Origin: an uncultured Bacilli bacterium
GTDB lineage: Bacteria > Bacillota_I > Bacilli_A > RF39 > UBA660
DNA: 59,013 nt
Direction: 5' to 3'
NCBI GenBank assembly: GCA_947581715.1
Contig: CANPVK010000001.1
Location: 1-59,013, forward strand
Shown: in pieces, positions 51,698 through 59,013 of the stretch
How the letters are laid out: the number at the start of each line of letters is the position of its first letter
Numbering within the stretch: position 1 is the first letter of the stretch
Notes under the pieces: generated by a model
The model's input: the letters and a program-made list of their open reading frames with translations, nothing else
Told to the model about the DNA's origin: nothing
Databases searched by the model: none
Made by a program: the position numbers and the translations under genes

Positions 51698-51988
51698 ATG
51701 GACAAGGATCAAGCAATTAGTAATTATAATCATAGCATTAATATTTTAGAACGAAAAAATATTCTAGTAACAGGTGTTAAAAAAATAGAAAGTTTTGATG
51801 ATGAAGAATTTTTGATGGAAACTGTTATGGGATTTTTAGTATTGAAAGGCGAGAATTTAGAATTATTAAAATTTGATACATTGCAGGGAAATGTTTCTAT
51901 TAAAGGACTGTTAAAATCTTTTGCTTATGTGGATGAAGTTGCTAAGAAAGAGAAAGAAAATAGCTTCATTAGCAGGTTATTTAAATAA
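51698..51988 (+). CDS. yabP: sporulation protein YabP
   Basis: VTGVKKIESFDDEEFLMETVMGFLVLKGENLELLKFDTLQGNVSIKG matches the YabP family. Confidence 0.85.
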   Translation: MDKDQAISNYNHSINILERKNILVTGVKKIESFDDEEFLMETVMGFLVLKGENLELLKFDTLQGNVSIKGLLKSFAYVDEVAKKEKENSFISRLFK

Positions 51989-52254
51989 TGGATTTGTCTG
52001 TTCAATTACAGGTTTTAACAGTATCTTTTGTTTATGGAATTTTGTTTTCTTATTTATTAAAAATGCAGTATCGATATTTTTTTGAGGGAAAGAGATTTTA
52101 TCGAATTTTAATTACTTTCTTTTTTACAATTGATAATTGTTTTTTATATTTTTTAATTTTGAGAACAATTAATCATGGTATTTTTCATATTTATTTTTTG
52201 TTTTTATTGATTATTGGATTTTTGTTTGGAAATTATTTATTGAAAAAGAAATAG
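51988..52254 (+). CDS. yabQ: spore cortex biosynthesis membrane protein YabQ
   Basis: Small protein of about 3 TM segments, immediately after and overlapping yabP as in Bacillus. Confidence 0.7.
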   Translation: MDLSVQLQVLTVSFVYGILFSYLLKMQYRYFFEGKRFYRILITFFFTIDNCFLYFLILRTINHGIFHIYFLFLLIIGFLFGNYLLKKK

Positions 52255-52357
52255 TAGTTGACATCTTTTTTGTCAAAGAACAAAAGATGTCATTTTATTT
52301 TCTTGAAAAATTTGCTTCTTCTTTTTATAATGGTGGTAGAGATAGGAGATGGTAAAA

Positions 52358-52657
52358 ATGGCTAAAAGAAATAGTAAGATTTTAGAAGTACGTCGTTTTA
52401 TCGTATTTTTACCAGTTTGTCTTTGTATTTTAGGAACTATTTTTGTCTATCTCGCTGGTTATTGGGTAAAGATTATTGAAAAATATCAGGAAAAAGTTTC
52501 TATGGAAGAAGAGATTGTTTCTTTGAAAGAAAAAGAAGAAGTTTTAAAGGGGGATGTAGAAAGGTTAGAGGATCCTGATTATGTAGCTCGTTATGCTAGA
52601 GAAAAATATATGTATTCCAAAGATGGAGAAATTATTTTAAGACTACCGGATGAGTAG
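52358..52657 (+). CDS. divIC: septum formation initiator (DivIC/FtsB family)
   Basis: Short cytoplasmic tail, one TM segment, a coiled coil (EEEIVSLKEKEEVLKGDVERLEDPDYVARYAREKY). Syntenic after yabQ. Confidence 0.75.
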   Translation: MAKRNSKILEVRRFIVFLPVCLCILGTIFVYLAGYWVKIIEKYQEKVSMEEEIVSLKEKEEVLKGDVERLEDPDYVARYAREKYMYSKDGEIILRLPDE

Positions 52658-52819
52658 TTTTTTATTTCATATTTTGAAATCGCTTTAGGTCATATTCAAA
52701 ATATTTAAGTAAGTAATGAAAGAAAGATCAATAGAGCAAAACGATTATCATTAGATTCTAGTTTCTATGGTTGGAGTAGTAAAAGTATTTATCATAATGA
52801 ATAGTATTGTAGAGTAGTC

Positions 52820-52840
52820 AAAAGTAGAGGCTACTTTTTT
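52820..52840 (+). terminator. terminator-like hairpin downstream of divIC
   Basis: aaaagtag, loop agg, ctactttt, then tt. Confidence 0.4.
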
Positions 52841-52850
52841 CAAAATTTAT

Positions 52851-52881
52851 CAAAAAAAGAAACTTCTAGTAAGAAATTTCT
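52851..52881 (-). terminator. terminator hairpin overlapping the gerQ stop codon
   Basis: On the minus strand, agaaatttct, loop tact, agaagtttct (one G-U pair), followed by ttttttt. Confidence 0.45.
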
Positions 52882-53225
52882 TCATCGAAAGTAGCATAAT
52901 TAATATAAATTAACCATAGTAGAATCGTTTGTCCTTGATCGTTTTTTAATAGTAAATAATCTCTACCTCCTGCTATGATGATTCCTGTAAAAGCTTTATC
53001 TCTCCACTCCAGAGAATCTGGATAAGAAAAATATACGGTTACTTTTTTTCCATGATTCATGGTAAAGAGATTCTCTGCATATTGGGGATCTGTCTGGTTT
53101 GGAGTAGTAGGAGTCGATGTTGTTGGTGGTACATAACCAGGTATATTCATATATGGTGGATAAGTACTTTGATTGGGAATATAAGTAGGATTACTTGTTC
53201 CAGTACTCGTATAAGTTTGATTCAT
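52866..53225 (-). CDS. gerQ: spore coat protein GerQ
   Basis: Pro/Thr-rich N-terminus followed by GKKVTVYFSYPDSLEWRDKAFTGIIIAGGRDYLLLKNDQGQTILLWLIYINYATFDEEI, matching the GerQ/YwdL C-terminal domain. Confidence 0.8.
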   Translation of the reverse strand: MNQTYTSTGTSNPTYIPNQSTYPPYMNIPGYVPPTTSTPTTPNQTDPQYAENLFTMNHGKKVTVYFSYPDSLEWRDKAFTGIIIAGGRDYLLLKNDQGQTILLWLIYINYATFDEEISY

Positions 53226-53270
53226 AATATCTCCTTTCTTCTAAGAAATTTTATGCTAGAAAATAGATAT

Positions 53271-55265
53271 TTATGAAGCTACTTTGGTATTTTCTAAGAT
53301 TTCATCAAATACGGGATCTGTAGCAGTTGGTTCGGTTCCTCTTACGTAGTACATAATTCGTTTTTTTTCATCATTTTCCGTAGCTGGTTTTCCGGTAATC
53401 GGATTTACTAATACTCCTACCACATTACTTGGTTGTTTATACCAAGTATTTTCTTTTCCTTCTAGGTATCCTTCCATGGATTCTACCCAGATATTTCTAG
53501 AATATTTATAATCATTCGCACCTAAAAAGGTATTATCATCATAACCAATCCAGACCGCTGTTACAATCTCCGGATTATAGCCAATAGACCAGTGATCGGT
53601 GTCGGTTGTTCCACTTTTTAAAGCTAGTTTATGCTTCATTTTAGGAGCAATTCCTATGGCGGTTGGGTAGTTATAATCAATAAAGGCAGAATCATAAGTG
53701 GTTGTTAGTAAATCGCTTAAAATGAAGGTTAAACTCTTGTTTAAAATGGTATCATTATTGATTTTCTTTTCATAAAGAATATTGCCTCGTAGGTCTTCTA
53801 CTTTGGAAATGAAGTGTCCTTCTACTTTATTTCCTCCGTTGGCAAAGGCGGCATAGGCTTGTGCCATTTCTATCATATTAATACTTGCTGTTCCTAACGG
53901 TAATGATGGTACTGCATCTAATTGCGCAGTAATTCCTAGTCTTCTGGAAATATCTACTAATGTATCTTCTCCTAAAAACATATGAGTTTTGACAGCATAA
54001 ATGTTATCCGAATAAGAAATCGCAGTAGCTAGTGAAATTGGCTTGTTTCCATATTGACCTCCATAATTTTGGGGAGAGTAGGTTTTATTATTGGAAAAAG
54101 TAAAAGTTGTTTCTTCACTTGTAAAGGTAGTACTAGCAGTAAATCCATTTTCTAAAGCAGCATAATATAGTAGTGGTTTCATGGCAGAACCTACTTGTCT
54201 TTTTGATTGGTAGGCTCTATTGTATTGACTGGTACTATAATCTTTTCCTCCTATTAAAGCAATAATTTTTCCTGTTTGTGGATCCATCATAATACTTGCT
54301 ACTTGTAGGTCTTTTTCTGTTGTTAGGTTATTTTTTACACTGTCTTCTAGTATTTTTTGAGCATTTTGATCTAAATTTGTATAAATTCTAATTCCACCGG
54401 TTTCTAAATAAGAATCTGGAATTTCTTTTAGTTCTCTTAATTCTCTCATAACGGCATCTTGATAGTACATGATAGTGGATAGGTCTTGATAATTTTTTTC
54501 TCCTACAATATTTAGCGGTTCTTCTACTGCTTGGTTGTATTCTTCTTCGGTAATTTTTTTATTTTTATATAATCCATATAGGATATTGACTTGTCTTTTT
54601 TTGGCTATGTCATAATTGACAAGGGGAGAATAATTGGCTGGTGATTTTGGAATTCCCACTAACATTGTTGCTTCTGCTAGCGTTAAATCTTTGGCATCTT
54701 TATCAAAATAAAAATGACTAGCATTTTGAATTCCATACATTCCATGTCCATAGTTGATTGTATTTAAATAACCTTCTAAAATTTCTGTTTTGCTGTAACC
54801 TACTTCTAATTTTAGGGTAAGCCACATTTCATTTAATTTTCTTTCCCAAGTTTTATCAAAATCTAAGAAAAGGTTTTTTGCATATTGTTGTGTAATGGTG
54901 GAAGCACCTTGTTTGGTTTTTCCAGAGATAATATTAATATATAATGCTTTTAGAATTCTTAAAGGATCAAAACCAAAGTGTTCATAAAAATGTTTATCTT
55001 CTGTATTGATGGTTGCATCAATCACATTTTGTGAAATGTTTTCGAGACTTACCCATTCCTGAGAGCCACTTCCTTGAAAGAATAGTTCTTCCTCCTTATC
55101 GTACATTAGAAAAGCATTTGCTGATTTAATTTCTAAGCGAGGAGACATTTTGATATATAAAATAGCACTTGCAAATAAAGCAATTCCTAAAGCAATGAGT
55201 AAACAAAATATTTTGAAGATTAATTTGAATCTTTTTTTTGTTTTCTTTGTTTTTCTTTTTTTCAT
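53271..55265 (-). CDS. class A penicillin-binding protein (glycosyltransferase plus transpeptidase)
   Basis: GT51 motifs EDKHFYEHFG, GASTITQQ and RKLNE. Transpeptidase motifs SAMKP (SxxK), SDN and KSGTT. N-terminal membrane anchor. Confidence 0.9.
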   Translation of the reverse strand: MKKRKTKKTKKRFKLIFKIFCLLIALGIALFASAILYIKMSPRLEIKSANAFLMYDKEEELFFQGSGSQEWVSLENISQNVIDATINTEDKHFYEHFGFDPLRILKALYINIISGKTKQGASTITQQYAKNLFLDFDKTWERKLNEMWLTLKLEVGYSKTEILEGYLNTINYGHGMYGIQNASHFYFDKDAKDLTLAEATMLVGIPKSPANYSPLVNYDIAKKRQVNILYGLYKNKKITEEEYNQAVEEPLNIVGEKNYQDLSTIMYYQDAVMRELRELKEIPDSYLETGGIRIYTNLDQNAQKILEDSVKNNLTTEKDLQVASIMMDPQTGKIIALIGGKDYSTSQYNRAYQSKRQVGSAMKPLLYYAALENGFTASTTFTSEETTFTFSNNKTYSPQNYGGQYGNKPISLATAISYSDNIYAVKTHMFLGEDTLVDISRRLGITAQLDAVPSLPLGTASINMIEMAQAYAAFANGGNKVEGHFISKVEDLRGNILYEKKINNDTILNKSLTFILSDLLTTTYDSAFIDYNYPTAIGIAPKMKHKLALKSGTTDTDHWSIGYNPEIVTAVWIGYDDNTFLGANDYKYSRNIWVESMEGYLEGKENTWYKQPSNVVGVLVNPITGKPATENDEKKRIMYYVRGTEPTATDPVFDEILENTKVAS

Positions 55266-55417
55266 ATGATTCTTCCTATTCTAATTTTAGTATGAAAAAA
55301 AATAGGAAAAGTATGTAAAACGTTTTGAAAAATTGTTTTTTGTGGAAAATATCTGTTTCAAATAGATTTGCATTTATATCATCTTATGTTATAATCTGTC
55401 TTAGAAATTTAAATGGG

Positions 55418-55789
55418 ATGAAGAAAATGAGGAAAAGGAAAATACATATTACTTTCAGGACCAATTCTTATGATACAGAATATAATTTATTAGGAGAATA
55501 TGATAAAGAGCATAACATTTTGACTTATTTGGAAAATTCTTCTTTGGTAACGAAAGTAACGATTGATTTGAATCAACAAGAATTGAGGAGAGATAATAAA
55601 GATTATCAGCTCATTTATCACTTTTTGGAAAATGAAATAACCGATAATTCTATTTTGCTGAAAGAGATGAATCAAAAATTTTGTTTAAAACTAAAAACAG
55701 AAAAATTTTCTTTTTCTCAAAATAAATTGGAAATCATTTATATTTTATTAGATAATGAAGAAAAAGTAATTTATCAAATTGAGTTTTAG
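55418..55789 (+). CDS. DUF1934 (YwiB-like) protein
   Basis: Small beta-rich protein immediately upstream of argS, as ywiB is in Bacillus. The start is taken at the ATG at 55418, downstream of a tataat at about 55389. Confidence 0.6.
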   Translation: MKKMRKRKIHITFRTNSYDTEYNLLGEYDKEHNILTYLENSSLVTKVTIDLNQQELRRDNKDYQLIYHFLENEITDNSILLKEMNQKFCLKLKTEKFSFSQNKLEIIYILLDNEEKVIYQIEF

Positions 55790-55797
55790 GAGGAAAT

Positions 55798-57546
55798 ATG
55801 AGTATTATCAAAAACGTAGAAGAACAAATCAAAAAACATATTCAAGATGCTGGTTATTTATTAGAAACTGTTATTTTAGAACCAACTAGTAGAAAAGATT
55901 TAGGAGAATATCAAATTAATAGTACTTTTACTTTAGCCAAAGAAAATCACTGTAATCCAAGAGAAGTTGCAGAAAAAATTGTATTAGAATTACAGAAAAA
56001 TCCTATTTTTACAAATCTTAATATTGCTGGAGCTGGATTTATTAATTTAAGTTTTTCAGATTCTTTTTATGTCGAAAGTATGAATCAAATTTTGAATGAT
56101 ATTTCTGTTAATATAGATCAATTTTCGGAGCCTAAAACCATTTTTATGGATTATGGAGGTGCCAATATTGCTAAAACATTGCATGTTGGACATTTAAGAA
56201 GTGCAGATATTGGGGAAGCTATCAAAAGACTTACCAAATTATTAGGACATCATGTGATTAGTGATGTACATTTTGGAGATATCGGTAGACAATCGGGAAT
56301 GGTTATTTATGAAATTATGCAAAGATATCCTCATCTTTCTTATTTTCAAGAAGATTATCAAGGGGAAGAAGAACCATTACCAATTACTGTAGAAGATTTA
56401 CAAGAAATTTATCCTACTGCTTCTGAAAAAGCGAAAAACAGCGAAGAAGTCATGGAAAAGGTTCGTGAAATTACGATGTCGATTGAAAATGGTCATTGTG
56501 GTTATACTGCTTTATGGAATCAAATTAAGAAATTATCGATTCAAGATATCAAAGGAATCTACCAAAGATTAAATACTACTTTTGATTTATATGAAGGAGA
56601 GACAGACTGTTATCCCTATATTCCAGAAATGATTCAAATTTTAAAAGAGAAAAATTTACTTCGTGAAAGTGAAGGAGCTTGGGTTGTAGATGTAGTAGAA
56701 GAAACCGATACGGAACCAATGCCACCTCTTGTGGTATTAAAAACAAATGGTGGAACCGTATATCAAACGAGAGAATTAGCTACGATTTTATCGCGACAAA
56801 AACGATTTTCTCCAGATGAAATCTGGTATTTTACCGATAATAGACAAGAACTATATTTTAAACAAGTCTTTCGTGTTGCGAAAAAAGCTGGGTTGGTTCC
56901 TGCTTCTACAAAACTAGAGTTTTTTGGATTTGGAACCATGAATGGTAGTGATGGAAAACCATTTAAAACAAGAGCTGGCGGAGTCATGAATCTTGTTGAT
57001 TTAATGCAAATGGTCAAAGAAATTACTGCTAGTAAAATGAATATGGATTTTGTCCAAGAAATGGAAAAAGATAATATTAGTGAAAAAGTTGCGATTGCTG
57101 CTTTAAAATATGCCGACTTTTTACCATATCGTAGTAAAGATTTTATTTTTGATACCAGTAAATTTGCCGATTTAGAGGGAAAGACAGGACCTTATTTACT
57201 TTATTCTACCGTAAGAATCAAATCTTTATTAGAAAAATCAGGAACTGATTTTTCTTCTTTCCGAATTAAAAAAATAGATAGTGAAACGATGAAAGAAGTT
57301 ATCCGTACTCTTTTAGAATTACCTGTTGTTTTGAAAAAGTCTTATGAAAGTAAATCTTTGACAGACATTGCCGATTACTTATATCGACTAACTAGTAACT
57401 ATAATAAATTTTATGCTGAAAATCATATTTTAACCTGTTTAGACCAGGATTTAAAAGAGTCTTGGCTAGCTCTATCCAAATTAGTTCGAGATACCAATAT
57501 TTTACTTTTAGATACCTTGGCAATAGAAGTTCCAGAAAAAATGTAA
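55798..57546 (+). CDS. argS: arginine--tRNA ligase
   Basis: HIGH-type motif AKTLHVGHLRS, a C-terminal DALR anticodon-binding domain (…LALSKLVRDTNILLLDTLAIEVPEKM). 582 aa. Confidence 0.92.
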   Translation: MSIIKNVEEQIKKHIQDAGYLLETVILEPTSRKDLGEYQINSTFTLAKENHCNPREVAEKIVLELQKNPIFTNLNIAGAGFINLSFSDSFYVESMNQILNDISVNIDQFSEPKTIFMDYGGANIAKTLHVGHLRSADIGEAIKRLTKLLGHHVISDVHFGDIGRQSGMVIYEIMQRYPHLSYFQEDYQGEEEPLPITVEDLQEIYPTASEKAKNSEEVMEKVREITMSIENGHCGYTALWNQIKKLSIQDIKGIYQRLNTTFDLYEGETDCYPYIPEMIQILKEKNLLRESEGAWVVDVVEETDTEPMPPLVVLKTNGGTVYQTRELATILSRQKRFSPDEIWYFTDNRQELYFKQVFRVAKKAGLVPASTKLEFFGFGTMNGSDGKPFKTRAGGVMNLVDLMQMVKEITASKMNMDFVQEMEKDNISEKVAIAALKYADFLPYRSKDFIFDTSKFADLEGKTGPYLLYSTVRIKSLLEKSGTDFSSFRIKKIDSETMKEVIRTLLELPVVLKKSYESKSLTDIADYLYRLTSNYNKFYAENHILTCLDQDLKESWLALSKLVRDTNILLLDTLAIEVPEKM

Positions 57547-57552
57547 AAAATG

Positions 57553-57581
57553 TTGCATTTTATATGGAATAATGATATAAG
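57553..57581 (+). promoter_or_regulatory. candidate sigma-A promoter for rpoE
   Basis: TTGCAT (57553-57558), a 17-nt spacer, then TATAAG (57576-57581). Confidence 0.35.
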
Positions 57582-57614
57582 TTTAAATGATAAAAAGAAA
57601 GAGAGATTTTAATT

Positions 57615-58043
57615 ATGAGTATAAAAGATATGAGCAAAGATGATTTAGAACTATTATCCAATAAGGATATTACGAATTTATTATTAGAAGAAAAAGGAAA
57701 ACAATCTACTACTGAATTATTCCAAAAGATTATTGAACTTTTGGATTTGCCAAAGAGTACTTTTGATCAAAAAATTGGAGATTTTTATACTTCTTTAACT
57801 ACCGATAAGAGATTTATTTTATTAGAAGATGGAACTTGGGATTTAAGGAGTAGATATACATCTGATAAAGTGATTCAAGTAGAAGAAGATGAAATGGAAG
57901 AAGAAGAAATTGAGGATGAAGAAGAAGAGGAAACAGAAGAAGATTTTGATTCTGATTTAGGCGATGATGACATTGATGATGGAGATGATGATTTAAAAGA
58001 TTTAGTAGTTTTAGATGAAGATGATATGGAAGTAGAACAGTAG
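57615..58043 (+). CDS. rpoE: DNA-directed RNA polymerase delta subunit
   Basis: N-terminal HARE-HTH-like domain (…FYTSLTTDKRFILLEDGTWDLRSRY) followed by a long Asp/Glu-rich tail, diagnostic of RpoE (delta). Confidence 0.88.
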   Translation: MSIKDMSKDDLELLSNKDITNLLLEEKGKQSTTELFQKIIELLDLPKSTFDQKIGDFYTSLTTDKRFILLEDGTWDLRSRYTSDKVIQVEEDEMEEEEIEDEEEEETEEDFDSDLGDDDIDDGDDDLKDLVVLDEDDMEVEQ

Positions 58044-58090
58044 TTCTCTTTTTCTTTTGAGAATGATATAATACTTAGTAAGGTGGTAGG

Positions 58091-59013
58091 ATGAAATTTA
58101 TTGAGCAAATCAAAGAACAAGCAAAAAAGCAGAAAATGAGAATTGTTCTTCCTGAATCTATGGATGAAAGAGTATTAGAGGCTGTTTCTATTATTCAGCA
58201 AGAACAGATCGCTGATGTTATTTTAATTGGAAAAGAATCTTTGAAACAGAGAGAAGAACTTGCTTCTGTTATGATTATGGATCCTAATACGAGTCCTTTT
58301 ACAGAAGAATATATCAATCAGTTATATGTACTTCGAAAAGAAAAAGGAATGACTAGAGAAGAAGCTAAGAGATTACTATTAGAAGATTATATGTATTTTT
58401 CTTGTATGCTGGTTCTAAATCACCAAGCAGATGGAATTGTGAGTGGAGCCTGTCATTCTTCTAGTAATACACTAAGACCAGCTTTACAATTGATTAAGAC
58501 ATTACCACACACAAAATTAGTTTCTGGTTTTTTTTGGATGGATGTCAAAAATCCTCATTATGGAGAAGATGGCATATTTTTATTTGCTGATTGTGGGTTA
58601 AATCAAAATCCAACGAGTAGTGAATTAGCTGAAATTAGTGGTATGAGTGCGCAAACATTTGAAGAATTTTTAGGGAAAGTTCCTTATGTTGCGCTGTTAT
58701 CTCATTCTACAAAAGGTAGTGCCAAACATGAAAGTGTTGAGAAAGTTTCTCTTGCTGCAAAACTTGCTCAAGATCAATATCCTCAATATTTTATTGATGG
58801 GGAATTACAGTTAGATAGTGCTATTGTTCCTGAAGTAGCAAAGATGAAAGCACCGGATAGTCCAGTAGCAGGAAAAGCAAATGTCTTAATCTTTCCCGAT
58901 TTAGATAGTGGTAATATTGGTTATAAATTAGTTCAAAGATTGGCTGGTGCAGAAGCTTATGGTCCTTTAACACAGGGGATGCGCTATCCTGTTAATGATT
59001 TATCTAGAGGTTG
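58091..59013 (+). CDS. pta: phosphate acetyltransferase (3' end beyond the window)
   Basis: My own translation from the ATG at 58091 (RBS aaggtgg): MKFIEQIKEQAKKQKMRIVLPESMDERVLEAVSIIQQEQIADVILIG…VSGACHSSSNTLRPALQ…PDLDSGNIGYKLVQRLAGAEAYGP. The ORF is open to the end of the window. Confidence 0.88.
   Translation, partial: MKFIEQIKEQAKKQKMRIVLPESMDERVLEAVSIIQQEQIADVILIGKESLKQREELASVMIMDPNTSPFTEEYINQLYVLRKEKGMTREEAKRLLLEDYMYFSCMLVLNHQADGIVSGACHSSSNTLRPALQLIKTLPHTKLVSGFFWMDVKNPHYGEDGIFLFADCGLNQNPTSSELAEISGMSAQTFEEFLGKVPYVALLSHSTKGSAKHESVEKVSLAAKLAQDQYPQYFIDGELQLDSAIVPEVAKMKAPDSPVAGKANVLIFPDLDSGNIGYKLVQRLAGAEAYGPLTQGMRYPVNDLSRG

Noticed and set aside
53052-53276. 74-aa plus-strand ORF antisense to gerQ
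   Set aside because: It overlaps the well-supported minus-strand gerQ and has a Trp/Cys/Ser-rich nonsense composition.
57875-58120. 81-aa minus-strand poly-Ser ORF
   Set aside because: It is the antisense reading of the GAA/GAT-rich acidic tail of rpoE and is a compositional artefact.
1-59013. Searched for CRISPR arrays, tRNA or rRNA genes, and IS elements or transposases
   Set aside because: No regularly spaced direct repeats, no tRNA-like cloverleaf or T-loop motifs, no rRNA-like conserved segments and no transposase-like ORFs were seen. The only recombinases are the serine recombinases at 47120-50240.

Overview
AT-rich Firmicute chromosome segment. It carries sporulation genes (spoVT, yabG, spoVG, yabP, yabQ, gerQ) together with the RNA polymerase delta subunit rpoE, so it probably comes from a spore-forming Erysipelotrichia/Bacilli-like organism. 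The backbone follows the Bacillus-type order: pth-mfd-spoVT, a T-box leader followed by dut-metG, then tatD, a yabE-like 3D-domain gene, ksgA, yabG, veg, spoVG, yabP, yabQ, divIC, gerQ, a class A PBP, a DUF1934 gene, argS, rpoE and pta. Two regions depart from this order. (1) An integrative conjugative element of about 35.4 kb (about 15103-50514) sits inside the coding sequence of the sporulation protease gene yabG. It encodes ParAB, a thioester-domain adhesin with its own sortase, SSB, a Toprim protein, HU, MobC, a relaxase, PcfB, an ArdC-like protein, a VirD4 coupling protein, Maff2, VirB6-like, PrgI and VirB4 proteins, a CHAP hydrolase, a cargo block, a sigma-like regulator, a PemK/MazF toxin and two tandem large serine recombinases. 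The two yabG halves rejoin exactly at the protein level (…LHID | GDDDY…), and a shared GA dinucleotide lies at both junctions. This looks like a skin/SPbeta-style sporulation-gene intervening element that is an apparently complete conjugative element. The element's right end also supplies a strong SD and an ATG that restart the catalytic half of YabG. (2) A five-gene cluster (10553-13919) lies between the yabE-like gene and ksgA. It encodes two paralogous membrane-anchored secreted proteins, a SipW-type signal peptidase and two membrane proteins, and may be an uncharacterised SipW-dependent surface or fibre system. Other points worth a second look: a PemK/MazF toxin with no upstream antitoxin, overlapped at its 3' end by a DpnD/PcfM-like ORF and preceded by an ORF-less spacer containing a GC-rich island; an 82-bp near-identical leader present twice in the element; a leader, terminator and anti-SD hairpin upstream of the sigma-like gene; a cargo block with a membrane-tethered XRE regulator and two paralogous secreted proteins; and a T-box that appears to control a dut-metG bicistron. 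I found no tRNA, rRNA, CRISPR array or transposase.
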